Shown: positions 20,010 to 29,876, counted from the first letter of the stretch. The stretch is 64,000 bases of DNA from an uncultured Verrucomicrobiae bacterium (GCA_963719495.1 CAVRCI010000008.1:32001-96000), one strand, 5' to 3'. Notes: generated by a model from the letters alone, not told the origin. Translations and numbers: made by a program.

Positions 20010-21230
20010 ATGCGCTCCGCCGCGATCATTTTTGCCCTGCTGGTCGCCGGGACGTTTGCCCAAGCCGCCACCTGGAATGTGATCAAGGTCGGCGGGCGTC
20101 GCTACGTGCCGGTGTCGGACGTGGCGGATTTTTACCGGTTGAGCGAGGATCGGACGGATCGCAAAAAATTCGTGCTGAGTTCCAAGGGACGGGAAGTGCG
20201 GGGCACGGCGGGCGGGCGGGATCTCTTCATCAATGGGGTGAAATACGTGCTGTGTTTTCCGATGGAGACGCGGAACAACGAGGTCTACCTCTCGGCGATG
20301 GACGTCACTAAGATTCTCGAGCCGGTGCTGCGGCCGGGGAAGATCAAGGACGCCGAGAAGATTCACACGATCGTGCTGGACGCGGGTCACGGCGGGCACG
20401 ACAGCGGGGCGACGGGGCCGCTGGGGCTCGAGAAGGCCTACGCGCTGGACGTCGTCCTGCGGGCTCGGGAGCTGCTCATCAAGGAGGGATACGATGTGAA
20501 AACGACGCGCTCGAAGGACGTGTTCATTCCGCTCGAGGATCGGGCGCGGTTTGCGAATCAATTTTCCAACGCGCTATTTTTCAGCGTTCACTTCAACAAG
20601 AGCAGTTCCGGCGGCGCGACGGGGATCGAGACTTACGCGCTGGCTCCGCGGGGCGTGCCTTCGATGGACGAGGAGAATCTGAGCTACAGCGACTTCAAGG
20701 AGAACCGGGGGAATTCGCAGGATTCGCAAAACATCGCGCTGGCGGCGGCGGTGCATTCGGCGATGGTGAACAATCTGGGATTGCCGGATCGGGGGATCAA
20801 GCGGGCGAGGTTCGTGGTGATCAAGGCGATCGACATTCCTGGGGTGCTGCTCGAGGGCGGGTTCATGAATGGTTCGCGGGATTCGCGTTTGATCGCTTCG
20901 GGCGAGTTTCGGCAGCGGATGGCGGCTTCGATTTTGCAGGCGGTCAAGGGCTACACTCGCTCGGTGAGTGGGAAGGCGGACGCGGCTCCGCCGAGTCTGA
21001 TCGTGAAGGGGGACGATCCGACGGACCGGCCGTCGCTGGATTCGGTGAAGGTGAGCGGCAAGGAGCCCGAGGTCGTGTCGGCACCGGCGCCGCCGATCCC
21101 GCGGCCGACGCCGGCGAGGGTAGTCGTGGTCGACGAATCGGACGAGGAGCGGCCCGCCGCCGCGCCGCCGGAGCCGGCGGGAGCGCCGACGCCGAGCGCG
21201 GGGAAGCCGAAGGTCGAGAAGTGGTGGTGA
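20010..21230 (+). CDS. N-acetylmuramoyl-L-alanine amidase (Amidase_3)
   Basis: Signal peptide; IVLDAGHGGHDSGA, LEK, SVHFN, LLEGGFM; Pro-rich tail. Confidence 0.9.
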   Translation: MRSAAIIFALLVAGTFAQAATWNVIKVGGRRYVPVSDVADFYRLSEDRTDRKKFVLSSKGREVRGTAGGRDLFINGVKYVLCFPMETRNNEVYLSAMDVTKILEPVLRPGKIKDAEKIHTIVLDAGHGGHDSGATGPLGLEKAYALDVVLRARELLIKEGYDVKTTRSKDVFIPLEDRARFANQFSNALFFSVHFNKSSSGGATGIETYALAPRGVPSMDEENLSYSDFKENRGNSQDSQNIALAAAVHSAMVNNLGLPDRGIKRARFVVIKAIDIPGVLLEGGFMNGSRDSRLIASGEFRQRMAASILQAVKGYTRSVSGKADAAPPSLIVKGDDPTDRPSLDSVKVSGKEPEVVSAPAPPIPRPTPARVVVVDESDEERPAAAPPEPAGAPTPSAGKPKVEKWW

Positions 21231-21292
21231 TTCCGCGTTCGGCGGGAGTTTTAAGTTTCTAAGAATTAAGAATTAAGTTTTGAGTTGCGGGT

Positions 21293-22123
21293 GTGGTGGG
21301 TGATTCGGAATTCGAGAAAACGGCGGGGCCGATCGGGGTTTTCGATTCCGGAATTGGTGGGCTGACGGTCGCGGCGGCGTTGCGGGAGTTGCTGCCGGCG
21401 GAGCGGATTTTTTACATCGGGGATACGGCGCGGGTGCCGTATGGCGGGAAGAGCCGGCGGACGATCGAGCGATACAGCGTGGAGATTGGCGGGCTTCTCT
21501 TGGCCGAGGGGGCGAAGATGATCGTGGTGGCCTGCAACACGGCCTCGGCGCTGGGGGTGCCGAAGATGCAGGAGCTCTTTCGGGCTCCGGTGCAGGGGGT
21601 GATCGTGCCGGGGGCGGCGGCGGCGGCGCGGGCGAGCGAGTCGGGACGGATCGGGGTGATCGGGACGCGGGCGACGGTGGCGAGCAAAGCCTACGAACAG
21701 GCGATTCACGTGATCCGGCCCGAGGCGGAGGTTTTCGCGGCGGCGTGTCCGTTGTTGGTGCCGCTGATCGAGGAGGGACTTTTCGAGGATTCGATCACGG
21801 ATCAAGTGCTGGCGCGGTATCTCGAGCCTTTGTTGGCCGACGGGATCGACACGTTGGTGCTGGGTTGCACTCATTATCCGCTGCTGCGCGCGGCAATCGG
21901 GCGGGCGGCGGGCGAGGGGGTCACGCTGGTGGACTCGGCTCGGAATTGCGCGCTGGCGGTCCGTGAGGCGTTGGCGAGTGGGGGATTCGCGGCGGACTCG
22001 GGGCGGGTGGGGGAGCTGAACGTGGCGCTGACGGATTCGACGGAAGGGTTTTTGCGGGTGGCGGTGGAGGCGCTCGATCTGGAAATCGGGGACGTGGAGG
22101 TGCGGGCGGTTCAGGGGGGGTAG
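21293..22123 (+). CDS. murI: Glutamate racemase
   Basis: IGVFDSGIGGLTV, DTARVPYG, VACNTAS, LGCTHYP. Confidence 0.95.
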   Translation: MVGDSEFEKTAGPIGVFDSGIGGLTVAAALRELLPAERIFYIGDTARVPYGGKSRRTIERYSVEIGGLLLAEGAKMIVVACNTASALGVPKMQELFRAPVQGVIVPGAAAAARASESGRIGVIGTRATVASKAYEQAIHVIRPEAEVFAAACPLLVPLIEEGLFEDSITDQVLARYLEPLLADGIDTLVLGCTHYPLLRAAIGRAAGEGVTLVDSARNCALAVREALASGGFAADSGRVGELNVALTDSTEGFLRVAVEALDLEIGDVEVRAVQGG

Positions 22124-22141
22124 GGTGAGCGGATTACCGCG

Positions 22142-22170
22142 TGACTGGTGACTGGTGACTGGTGATTGGT
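22142..22170. repeat. (TGACTGG)n heptamer tandem repeat
   Basis: tgactgg tgactgg tgactgg tgattgg; similar degenerate heptamer runs at 17092-17121 and 21249-21283. Confidence 0.75.
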
Positions 22171-22224
22171 GGGTCTCGGTCTTGACTTTGCGGGCGTTGG
22201 AATTGAGATTCGATCTCAAATAAT

Positions 22225-23103
22225 ATGAAGATCGTTTCCGGACTTTTGGCATTAGTGATTTTGAGTGGGTTTTCCGTTGCCGGGCAGGCGGCGGACCTTT
22301 CGCTCGAGAAGGTGGTGGTGGCTTTGAAGCCGGACAAGGATCCGGACCGGATGCTGGCTGAGCGGTCGGAACTGGCGGAGATATTGGAGAAAAACTTTGG
22401 CAAACCAGTGGAGGTAATTGTGCCGACTTCGGCGGCGGTGATCGTCGAGGGGATGCGGAATGGAACGATCGATCTGGCCTACGTGAGTTCGACCGAGATG
22501 GTGAACGCCCGGGATAACGGAGCGGGAACTTTGCTGCTAGCGGGGGAGATCGACGGCAACCCTTACTACAAGAGCTATTGGCTGTCGCTGGCGGACAAGC
22601 CCTACACGAAGGTCGAAGATTTGAAGGGGAAGCCGATCGCTTTCAGTAGTCGCACGAGCACTTCGGGGTTCCTCATCCCGATGGTCGATCTGCACGACAA
22701 AGGCCTCATCGGGGACGACGCGGATCCGGAGTCGTTCTTCGGCGAGGGCAACGTGAGCTACGGGATCGGCTACGTGTCGGCGGTCGAGCGGGTGCTTTCG
22801 GGCGAGGCCGAGGCGGCGGCGGTGAGCTACTACGTGCTCGACGAGGACGAATATCTGACGGCGGACCAGAAGGCGAAGCTCAAGAAGGTGGCCGAGCAGG
22901 GTCCGGTGCCGACTCACGTGATCGCGGCTTCGGCGAAGTTGAGCGACGCAGATCGGGAGATTCTCAAGAAGGGTTTGCTGGCGCTGCGGGATTCCGGGAC
23001 GGAGATCGACGAGGACGTCTTCTCGGCGGAATTGATCGAGGTCGACGCCGACGCGCACCTGGCACCGGTCGAGTCCGCGATGGAGTTGCTCAAGCAGCGA
23101 TGA
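22225..23103 (+). CDS. phnD: Phosphate/phosphite/phosphonate ABC transporter substrate-binding protein
   Basis: Signal peptide; LKGKPIAFSSRTSTSGFLIP motif; first gene of ABC operon. Confidence 0.85.
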   Translation: MKIVSGLLALVILSGFSVAGQAADLSLEKVVVALKPDKDPDRMLAERSELAEILEKNFGKPVEVIVPTSAAVIVEGMRNGTIDLAYVSSTEMVNARDNGAGTLLLAGEIDGNPYYKSYWLSLADKPYTKVEDLKGKPIAFSSRTSTSGFLIPMVDLHDKGLIGDDADPESFFGEGNVSYGIGYVSAVERVLSGEAEAAAVSYYVLDEDEYLTADQKAKLKKVAEQGPVPTHVIAASAKLSDADREILKKGLLALRDSGTEIDEDVFSAELIEVDADAHLAPVESAMELLKQR

Positions 23104-23837
23104 CGTCGGCCGCGGCCATGGCGGCGGTGGGGGCTCCCGGGGAGCCGTTTCACGTCGAGTTGCGCGGATTGAGCGTGCGGCGGGACCAGCGCGACTTGGT
23201 GCGCAATCTCGATTTGTGCGTGCCGCGCGGATCGTTCGTGGCGGTGGTGGGTCCGTCGGGTGTGGGGAAGAGCAGCCTGCTGGCTTGTCTGGCGGGGATG
23301 CTGGATCCGGGTGCGGGGGAGATCACCTACCGGTGCACGCAGCAGTGCGACCACACGCCGGCGGATTTTCAGAAGCGGATGGGGCTGGTGTTTCAGCATT
23401 TGCGGCTGACTCTCAACGCTTCGGTGCTGACGAACGTCTGCTGCGGAGTGTTGGGTCAGCGGGCTTGGTGGCGGACTTTGTTTGGGTTCACCCGGGAGGA
23501 GAAGCGGAAAGCGCGGGAGTTGCTGGAGCGATTTGGGCTCAAGGGATTCGAGCGGTTTCCGGTTTCGGAGATTTCGGGCGGGGAACGTCAGCGGGCGGCG
23601 ATCGCGCGGGCGCTGATGCAGTCGCCGGAACTGATCCTGGCGGACGAGCCGGTGGCGAGTTTGGATCCGGCGCTGGCTCGGAGCGTGCTCGGATATCTGC
23701 GGGACGAGACGCGGACGAGTGGGCGGACGGTTTTCTGCGTGCTGCACGATCCGGATCTCGTGGCGGAGTTTGCGGATTACACGTTGTCGCTGAGCCGGGT
23801 GTGTCCGGCGGCGTGGAAGTTGCGCGCGGCGGCGTGA
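23100..23837 (+). CDS. phnC: Phosphonate-type ABC transporter ATP-binding protein
   Basis: GPSGVGKS, VFQH..SVLTNV, ISGGERQR, LADEPVASLDP. Confidence 0.85.
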   Translation: MTSAAAMAAVGAPGEPFHVELRGLSVRRDQRDLVRNLDLCVPRGSFVAVVGPSGVGKSSLLACLAGMLDPGAGEITYRCTQQCDHTPADFQKRMGLVFQHLRLTLNASVLTNVCCGVLGQRAWWRTLFGFTREEKRKARELLERFGLKGFERFPVSEISGGERQRAAIARALMQSPELILADEPVASLDPALARSVLGYLRDETRTSGRTVFCVLHDPDLVAEFADYTLSLSRVCPAAWKLRAAA

Positions 23838-24652
23838 AGTCGATCGAGCGAGATTCGGCGGCGTCGGCTCCGCCGGCGAACGTGCCGCGACCCGGGAAGC
23901 CGAAGGTGAACGCGTTTAACGTGACGCTCACGTTGTTCGCGATCGCGGTGATTTTTTCGCTGCCAGCGTTGCGGGGTTCGGGGCGGGATCTGGATTATTT
24001 CGCAAATCTGGTTGGGTTTCTGGAGCGGTTTTTTCCGCCGAATTTCACGGACTGGCGGCTGCTCGGGGGGGCGCTCATCGAGACGTTCCAGATCGCGGTG
24101 ATCGCGACGTTGATTTCGGTGTTGGTCTCGCTGCCGGTGGCGATGGCTTCTTCGCTGAACATTGCGCCGCACTGGTTGGTGCGGGTGTCGCGGTTTTTAT
24201 TGGTGTGCGTGCGGTCGATTCCGGGGTTGATTTGGGCTTTGATCGCGGTGGCGGTGTGCGGGGCGAATCCGCTCGCGGGCGTGGTGGGTTTGGCTTTTTA
24301 CAGCGTGGGGTATCTGGGGAAATTTTTCAGCGATTCGTTCGAGTCGATCGATTCGGGCGTTGCGGAGGGGCTGCGGGCGACCGGGGCGGATACGATTCAG
24401 AGATTCCAATACGGGATCTGGCCGCACGCGAAGCCGCTGGTGTGGAGTCAGACTCTGTGGATGCTGGAATACAACATTCGCAGCGCGTCGATCATCGGCT
24501 ACGTGGGGGCCGGGGGGATCGGGGTGTGGTTGCAGACTTACCAGGAGCTTTCGCGGTGGGACCGGTTTTGTGCGGTCCTTTTGTGCATTCTAGCGGTGGT
24601 GTTGGTGCTGGATTACGCGGGGGAGCGGATCCGGAAGCAGTTTTCTTTGTAG
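23834..24652 (+). CDS. phnE: Phosphonate-type ABC transporter permease
   Basis: RFFPP, ETFQIA, RSIP..IWAL, GKFFSDSFE, LEYNIRSASIIGYVGAGGIG; GTG start overlapping phnC stop. Confidence 0.85.
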   Translation: MKSIERDSAASAPPANVPRPGKPKVNAFNVTLTLFAIAVIFSLPALRGSGRDLDYFANLVGFLERFFPPNFTDWRLLGGALIETFQIAVIATLISVLVSLPVAMASSLNIAPHWLVRVSRFLLVCVRSIPGLIWALIAVAVCGANPLAGVVGLAFYSVGYLGKFFSDSFESIDSGVAEGLRATGADTIQRFQYGIWPHAKPLVWSQTLWMLEYNIRSASIIGYVGAGGIGVWLQTYQELSRWDRFCAVLLCILAVVLVLDYAGERIRKQFSL

Positions 24653-24741
24653 GGTCGGGTGCTGGGGGGGTGGGGTTAATGCTAATACGAGTTTTGAACA
24701 AAAGGTCGCGAAGGTAGCAAAGAATGCGGAAGGGTGATGCG

Positions 24742-24945
24742 GACGGCTCCCGCTGGCGCGAGCACCGGGGCCTGGGAAGGCTCGGGGCAAACTGGCCGGC
24801 TATGTGGTCCGGCGCGTGGGGCGAGACACTGGAGTCGACGGGGGTCGAGCGACAGCACCTGCCGAGAGGCAGCCCGCAGGGCGGAGCTGTGGGAACAGCG
24901 ACGGCAACCGGGAGCGACCGAGTCAAATGCCGGGCGGGAGGTGTC
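24742..24945 (+). ncRNA. Candidate structured non-coding RNA (~200 nt), family unassigned
   Basis: Terminal stem 24742-24757 / 24929-24945 encloses several hairpins, three with GNRA loops; no credible CDS here. Confidence 0.5.
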
Positions 24946-25024
24946 GGCTTCGCCGTTTGGGTTGGCTCGGCAGCCTGAGCGAAGCGGAGACAGGCGAAGC
25001 CAATTGCAAATCGCCGCTCCTCGA
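24946..25024. repeat. REP family A copy interrupted by a ~30-bp insert
   Basis: ggcttcgccgtttgggttggctcggc [agcctgagcgaagcggagacaggcgaagcca] attgcaaatcgccgctcc; compare the uninterrupted copy at 2510-2553. Confidence 0.7.
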
Positions 25025-25178
25025 GGCGGCTTTTAGACCATTTTCAAATTAGTCGGAAGATTTGATCGGCCAAAAGGGGTGGGGGCGTCTCGCCCGCTCG
25101 ATCCAAGCACGAGGACGAGACGTCCTCGCCCCGTTTTCCTCGGCTCTCGCCGATACCTCCAGTTACTTCGAAAGTGCC

Positions 25179-25622
25179 TCAGCTGCCGATTGGGGCTATC
25201 GGGGGGGTGGCGGTGGCTTCGGGAGTGGGGGTTGGGGTCATCGCCGGGGTGGGCTCGACGTTTTCGGCGGGGGTGGCGGAGGGGACTTCCTGCTCGGCGT
25301 CGTTCTGGGTGACCTCTTCGGCGAGCTGGCGCATGTTTTCCATGGCCTGCTGGCCGGCTTCGGTGGCGGCGGCTCCCGCTCCGGCGGCCATCTCGCCGAG
25401 GTTTTCGCCGGCTTCCTTGGCGGCGGCGCTGGTTGCGGCGGCGGCGTCCTGAAGCGCGTTGCCGGTGGTTTCGACGGCGTCATCGATCCGCTCCGAGAGC
25501 TCCGGGGTTGCGGCTGGCGTCGGAGTCGGTGCGTCGCTCTCGGCGGCGGAGGGTTTTGGATCGCAGGCGGTGAGGGCGAAGGCGGCGGCTCCGACGAGGA
25601 TTAGCGAATGGTCGATTTTCAT
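25179..25622 (-). CDS. Hypothetical low-complexity lipoprotein (Ala/Glu/Pro/Thr-rich)
   Basis: MKIDHSLILVGAAAFALTAC lipobox; ATG at 25622 in the frame of ORF 25179..27542. Confidence 0.75.
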   Translation of the reverse strand: MKIDHSLILVGAAAFALTACDPKPSAAESDAPTPTPAATPELSERIDDAVETTGNALQDAAAATSAAAKEAGENLGEMAAGAGAAATEAGQQAMENMRQLAEEVTQNDAEQEVPSATPAENVEPTPAMTPTPTPEATATPPIAPIGS

Positions 25623-25666
25623 AGCTTGATGCGTTGTGGGGATATTGGTGACGGCTCCGCGATAGG

Positions 25667-27550
25667 TCAAGGGAGGGACCCGGCGATGCGGGATTTCGCG
25701 TCGGCGTGGAGGGATTTCCAGAGTTTGGCGACCGCTTCGGTGATGGTTGCCTTGGTCGCCGGGAGTTCGGCAGGCGCGACGGGAGCGGTGCGGGCGAAGA
25801 GGTAGTATTTGATCTTGGGCTCGGTGCCGGAGGGACGGACGGCGACGCGGGTGTCGGCTCCGAGGGTGAAGATGAGCATGGATTCCTTGGGGAGAATGTC
25901 GCCGTCGGCGTCGACGATGTCTTCGTGGGCGAAGTCGCGGAGGGCGGTGACCGGATGGCCGCCGATTTTGGTCGGTGGGGTGGCGGTGTAGGATGCGACA
26001 AGGGCTTGGATCTGACGGGCTCCCTCGGCTCCTTCGAGGGTGAGGGATTCGCTGCGTTCGTGGTGATAGCCGAACTCGGCGTAGATGGCGTCGAGGAGGT
26101 CGTGGAGGGTTTGATTGTGGAATTTTGCGTAGGCGGCGACTTCGCAGAGCATCGCGACGGCGGCGTTGCCGTCCTTGTCGCGGACGAAGGTAGCGCCGCC
26201 GTAGCCGTAGCTTTCCTCGCCGCCGAAGACGAAGATGGCGTCGGTGGATTCGTAGGCGGCGAGCTTGGCTCCGATGTATTTGAAACCGGTGAGCGTCTCG
26301 ACGCAGCGGAGGCCGAATTTGGCGGCGATGGCGGCTTGGAGGTCGGTCGTGACGAAGGTCTTGATGATGACGCCGCGGTGGGCGGTCGCGGGGGTGAGGC
26401 GGGCGGTTTCGAGGAACGTTTTGGCGCGATACCAAGCCATGAGGGAGCCGAGTTGGTTGCCGGTGAGGAGGGCGAGGGTGCCGTCGGGTCGGCGGGCGGC
26501 CGCGCCCATGCGGTCGGCGTCGGGGTCGGTGGCGATGACGAGATCCGCGCCTTCGCGTTCGGCTTGGGCGATGGCGAGTGAGAGCGCTTCGGCGTTCTCG
26601 GGATTCGGGGAGGCGACGGTCGGAAAATTGCCGTCGGGGGTCGCCTGCTCGGCGACGACCGAGCAAGCGCAGCCGAGGCGGGCAAGGAGGGGGACGATGA
26701 TCGCGCCGCCGACTCCGTGGAGGGAGCTGTAAACGACTTCGAGCGGTTGTTCGCGGAGGAGGTCGCGGTCGAGGATGAGGGTCTCGAGGCGGGCGAGGTA
26801 GGCGGTGTCCATCGCGTCGCCGAGGGGATGGATCTGGCCGCGCTGGTCGGCGGGGACGGGGTCGAATTGCTCGCTGGTGACGGCGTTGACCTCCTCGATG
26901 ATGCCGGAGGCGTGGGGTTCGACGATCTGGCCGCCGTCGGCGAAGTAAACTTTGTAGCCGTTGTAGGCTGGGGGGTTGTGGCTGGCGGTGAGGTTGATGC
27001 CGGCGGTGGAGTTGGTCTCGCGGACGGCGAAAGAGAGCTCGGGGGTGGAGCGCGGGGCGTCGAAGAGGTGGGCTTCGCAGCCGAGGTCGGTGATGATGCG
27101 GGCTGCGAATTCGGCGAACGCACGGGAGAAATGGCGGGTGTCGTGGGCGATGCAGATGGCGGGGCGGCCCGGGCGTTGCTCGCGGGCGTGCCAGGCACGC
27201 ACGTAGGCGCAGAGGCCCTGGGTGGCTCGGCTGACGTTGAGGAAGTTCATTGCGTTCGTGCCGACGCAGGGGTGCTCGGGTGGCGCGTCGGGGGCGGCGT
27301 TGCCTCGCTCGGCGGGGGTGACGGTGCGGGCGATGGTGCGGCCGCGGAGGCCGCCGGTGCCGAAGGCGAGTTGGCGGTAGAAGCGGTCGTTCAGCTCGGT
27401 CCAGTTTTTGGCGCCGACGAGTTCGTCGACGGATTGTTGCGCGATGAGTGACGTCGAGTTGGCGAGGAGAGTGAGGATGTTCTCGGCGGAGGAGGGGAGA
27501 AGGTCGCCGGAGGTGACGGCGGCGGCGAGCTGGTTTTGGCAAGAGTTCAT
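25667..27550 (-). CDS. Phosphoglucomutase/phosphomannomutase
   Basis: FGTGGLRG, TASHNP (catalytic Ser), TDPDADR, GEESYG, RPSGTEPKIKYY. Confidence 0.93.
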   Translation of the reverse strand: MNSCQNQLAAAVTSGDLLPSSAENILTLLANSTSLIAQQSVDELVGAKNWTELNDRFYRQLAFGTGGLRGRTIARTVTPAERGNAAPDAPPEHPCVGTNAMNFLNVSRATQGLCAYVRAWHAREQRPGRPAICIAHDTRHFSRAFAEFAARIITDLGCEAHLFDAPRSTPELSFAVRETNSTAGINLTASHNPPAYNGYKVYFADGGQIVEPHASGIIEEVNAVTSEQFDPVPADQRGQIHPLGDAMDTAYLARLETLILDRDLLREQPLEVVYSSLHGVGGAIIVPLLARLGCACSVVAEQATPDGNFPTVASPNPENAEALSLAIAQAEREGADLVIATDPDADRMGAAARRPDGTLALLTGNQLGSLMAWYRAKTFLETARLTPATAHRGVIIKTFVTTDLQAAIAAKFGLRCVETLTGFKYIGAKLAAYESTDAIFVFGGEESYGYGGATFVRDKDGNAAVAMLCEVAAYAKFHNQTLHDLLDAIYAEFGYHHERSESLTLEGAEGARQIQALVASYTATPPTKIGGHPVTALRDFAHEDIVDADGDILPKESMLIFTLGADTRVAVRPSGTEPKIKYYLFARTAPVAPAELPATKATITEAVAKLWKSLHADAKSRIAGSLP

Positions 27551-28551
27551 TTTGAGGCGGCGAGGTAGGCGGGGAGTTCGGTGACGTCGGCGAGGCAGTG
27601 TTCGGCTCCGGCTTGGTTAAGGGTGTCGCGGGCGGCGGGTCCGGCGGGGCCGGTGAGGACGCCGATGGGGCGGGCTCCGATGGCGGTGGCAGCGACGAGG
27701 TCGCCGGCGGTGTCGCCGACGATCACGGTGCCGGGAGACTGGGGTGGGGCGTTCGTCGCAAGGAGGGGGGAGGTTTCGGCGTGCGGGAAGATGGCGCGGA
27801 GGAAGGGGTAGGGGTGGGGTTTGGAGAGGTGGGTGCCGGGGTGTTCGGCTTCGGCGGCGGCGACTTCGTCGTGGGTGACGATGGGGTCGAAAAAGTCGGT
27901 GAGGCCGAAGCGAGTGAGGGTGGGGAGGAGCTCGGCGCTGGTGCGGCCGGTGGCGATGGCGAGGTCGTGACCGGCTTCGCGGAGAGTGCGCAGGGTGGCG
28001 GCGATGCGCTCGGGTGGGAGGATGAGGGATTCGTCGGCGATGATGCCGGGGCGGTCGGGGGTGCCGTTGAAGTGGGTCTGGAAATGCCGGAAAAGCCATT
28101 GCCAGACGGGGCCCTGGCGTTGGAATTGGTCGGTGGGGGCGAGGTGGGCGAGGAGTTTGAAGCCGCGGTGGGGGGCGGCGAGGTCGAGGCCTTCGGCGAC
28201 GAGTCGATCGAGATCGGGGGCGAGGTCGGACGGCCAATCGCAGGGCGTGGGTGGGCCGTCGGTGTCCCAGTTGATCGCGGAGATGCGGAGGCCGTTGGCG
28301 GGGTCGTGGGTCGCGAGGCGGCGGACGAGGATGAGGGCGGCGAGGTGGCAGAGGTCCCAATTCGTGTTGATGAGGGCGGCCTTGGCTCGGGCGATGGTCG
28401 GGAGGTCGAGGGCGATCTGGGACCGGGAGGGGGAGGGGGAGAAGGCGGGGTGGCCGAGGAAGGTGGCGAGGTCTTGGAGGGCGCGGGCGGCGGCGCGCCA
28501 GTAGCCGGTTTCGGACGTGATGACTCCGTCCATGTCGAAGATAATTTTCAT
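27547..28551 (-). CDS. HAD-superfamily hydrolase/phosphatase
   Basis: IIFDMDGVI (motif I), IATGR (II), KPHP (III), VGDTAGD (IV); ATG at 28551. Confidence 0.85.
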   Translation of the reverse strand: MKIIFDMDGVITSETGYWRAAARALQDLATFLGHPAFSPSPSRSQIALDLPTIARAKAALINTNWDLCHLAALILVRRLATHDPANGLRISAINWDTDGPPTPCDWPSDLAPDLDRLVAEGLDLAAPHRGFKLLAHLAPTDQFQRQGPVWQWLFRHFQTHFNGTPDRPGIIADESLILPPERIAATLRTLREAGHDLAIATGRTSAELLPTLTRFGLTDFFDPIVTHDEVAAAEAEHPGTHLSKPHPYPFLRAIFPHAETSPLLATNAPPQSPGTVIVGDTAGDLVAATAIGARPIGVLTGPAGPAARDTLNQAGAEHCLADVTELPAYLAASK

Positions 28552-28586
28552 TCGGTGAAGTGGCCCGCTAAACACGCGAATGGGCG

Positions 28587-29876
28587 CTAATGGTGAGGGT
28601 GAAAGGGGGTGATTCGGTTGAGGAAGGCGGTGATGAGGTCGTCGTTCTTTTCGCAGGGGGAGCCGCACATCATGGCGATGGAGAGGCCGAGGAGGGAGGT
28701 GGTCGGGTTGTGGCGGGCGGCTCCGGCGGTGAGGTTCATGACGAGAGTTGGGCAGCAGAAGAGGGCGAGGCGCAGGTAGCGCTGCCAGTCTGGATGGTCG
28801 GGGGCAACGCGTTGCAGGAGGGGTTTCCAGATTTCTTCCTCTTTGGTTTGGAGGAATTCGCGGCGGAGGGGGGTGAGGTCCCAGTCGTGGGTGACTTCGA
28901 GAGCCCCGTCGACGAGGCGGGCAGTTGCTTCGATTTGGGATTCGGATTCCTCGGGGTGGTAGAGCCAGTCGGGGTGGGCGAGGATGTTGTGGAAAGTGGG
29001 TTTGATCTCGGCGAGGAGGGCGGGGAGGTGGGCACCGGCGAAGGCGGGGTCGAAGGTGACGAGGCGGGTGAGTTCCATCCAGACGTTCGCGTTGTGGGCG
29101 TCGCCGTGGCCGAGGACGGCGGGGCAGGGGTCGGGGAGGGAGGCGGGGTCGAGGACGGCGATGGCGTCGGCGAAGAGTTCGCCGAGGGTTCGGTCGTAGA
29201 GGCGGCCGTTGATGCGCCAGCGGAGGGTGGAGAGTTCGGCCCACGGGAGCGGGCGGTCGAGGCCGGGGAAGGCGAACGTGGAATTCAGGTAGTAGGAACG
29301 GAGGCGGCCGCCGGGGTTGGTGGTGCCTTCGTCGACGAGGCGGTGGAAGAAGAGTTGGTGGAGGGACTCGGCGGCGACTTCGCCGCGGGGGGCGAGGTGG
29401 AGGGTGTCGAGGTAGCTTTGGCCGACGTGACGGTCGAGATCTCGCTGGAGTTGGACGAGGTGCGCGGGGTCGCGGTGAACGGTTTCGACCTCGCGGCAGG
29501 CATCCGCGAGGCGGGCGTCCGACCGGACGGCGTAGAGGAGGATAGCCTCTCCCGGTAACTTGCGAGCGGCCACGGGCACGTCGACGGGCCAGCGGGCGTC
29601 TTCGAGCAACTTGCTGTTGTAGTATTCCGCGACGCCCTTGGCTTCGTCTTCCTCCTGGTGGAATTTGAAAAATAGTTGGTCGTGACCCTCGAACGGATTT
29701 TGGAGCGATAGAACGCCGTTGACCGAATTGAGACTGTATCCGTCGGTCCCGATGCGGATCTCTCGAATCGACAATTGTCCGCCAAAGACATCGGTGAGAA
29801 ACGACTGGAGGAGGGTCCTGGCTTGATCGAGCCGGGAGTGCGCGACCAGGTTGCGGACCTCGGCGAGTTGACTCAT
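28587..29876 (-). CDS. Kinase-like (APH/choline-kinase fold) phosphotransferase, substrate unknown
   Basis: FFKF Lys, HGDAHNAN catalytic loop, VTFDP metal-binding motif. Confidence 0.65.
   Translation of the reverse strand: MSQLAEVRNLVAHSRLDQARTLLQSFLTDVFGGQLSIREIRIGTDGYSLNSVNGVLSLQNPFEGHDQLFFKFHQEEDEAKGVAEYYNSKLLEDARWPVDVPVAARKLPGEAILLYAVRSDARLADACREVETVHRDPAHLVQLQRDLDRHVGQSYLDTLHLAPRGEVAAESLHQLFFHRLVDEGTTNPGGRLRSYYLNSTFAFPGLDRPLPWAELSTLRWRINGRLYDRTLGELFADAIAVLDPASLPDPCPAVLGHGDAHNANVWMELTRLVTFDPAFAGAHLPALLAEIKPTFHNILAHPDWLYHPEESESQIEATARLVDGALEVTHDWDLTPLRREFLQTKEEEIWKPLLQRVAPDHPDWQRYLRLALFCCPTLVMNLTAGAARHNPTTSLLGLSIAMMCGSPCEKNDDLITAFLNRITPFHPHH

Noticed and set aside
24724..25052. Small ORFs over the candidate ncRNA
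   Set aside because: Three overlapping short frames with no motifs or typical codon pattern; base-pairing explains the sequence better
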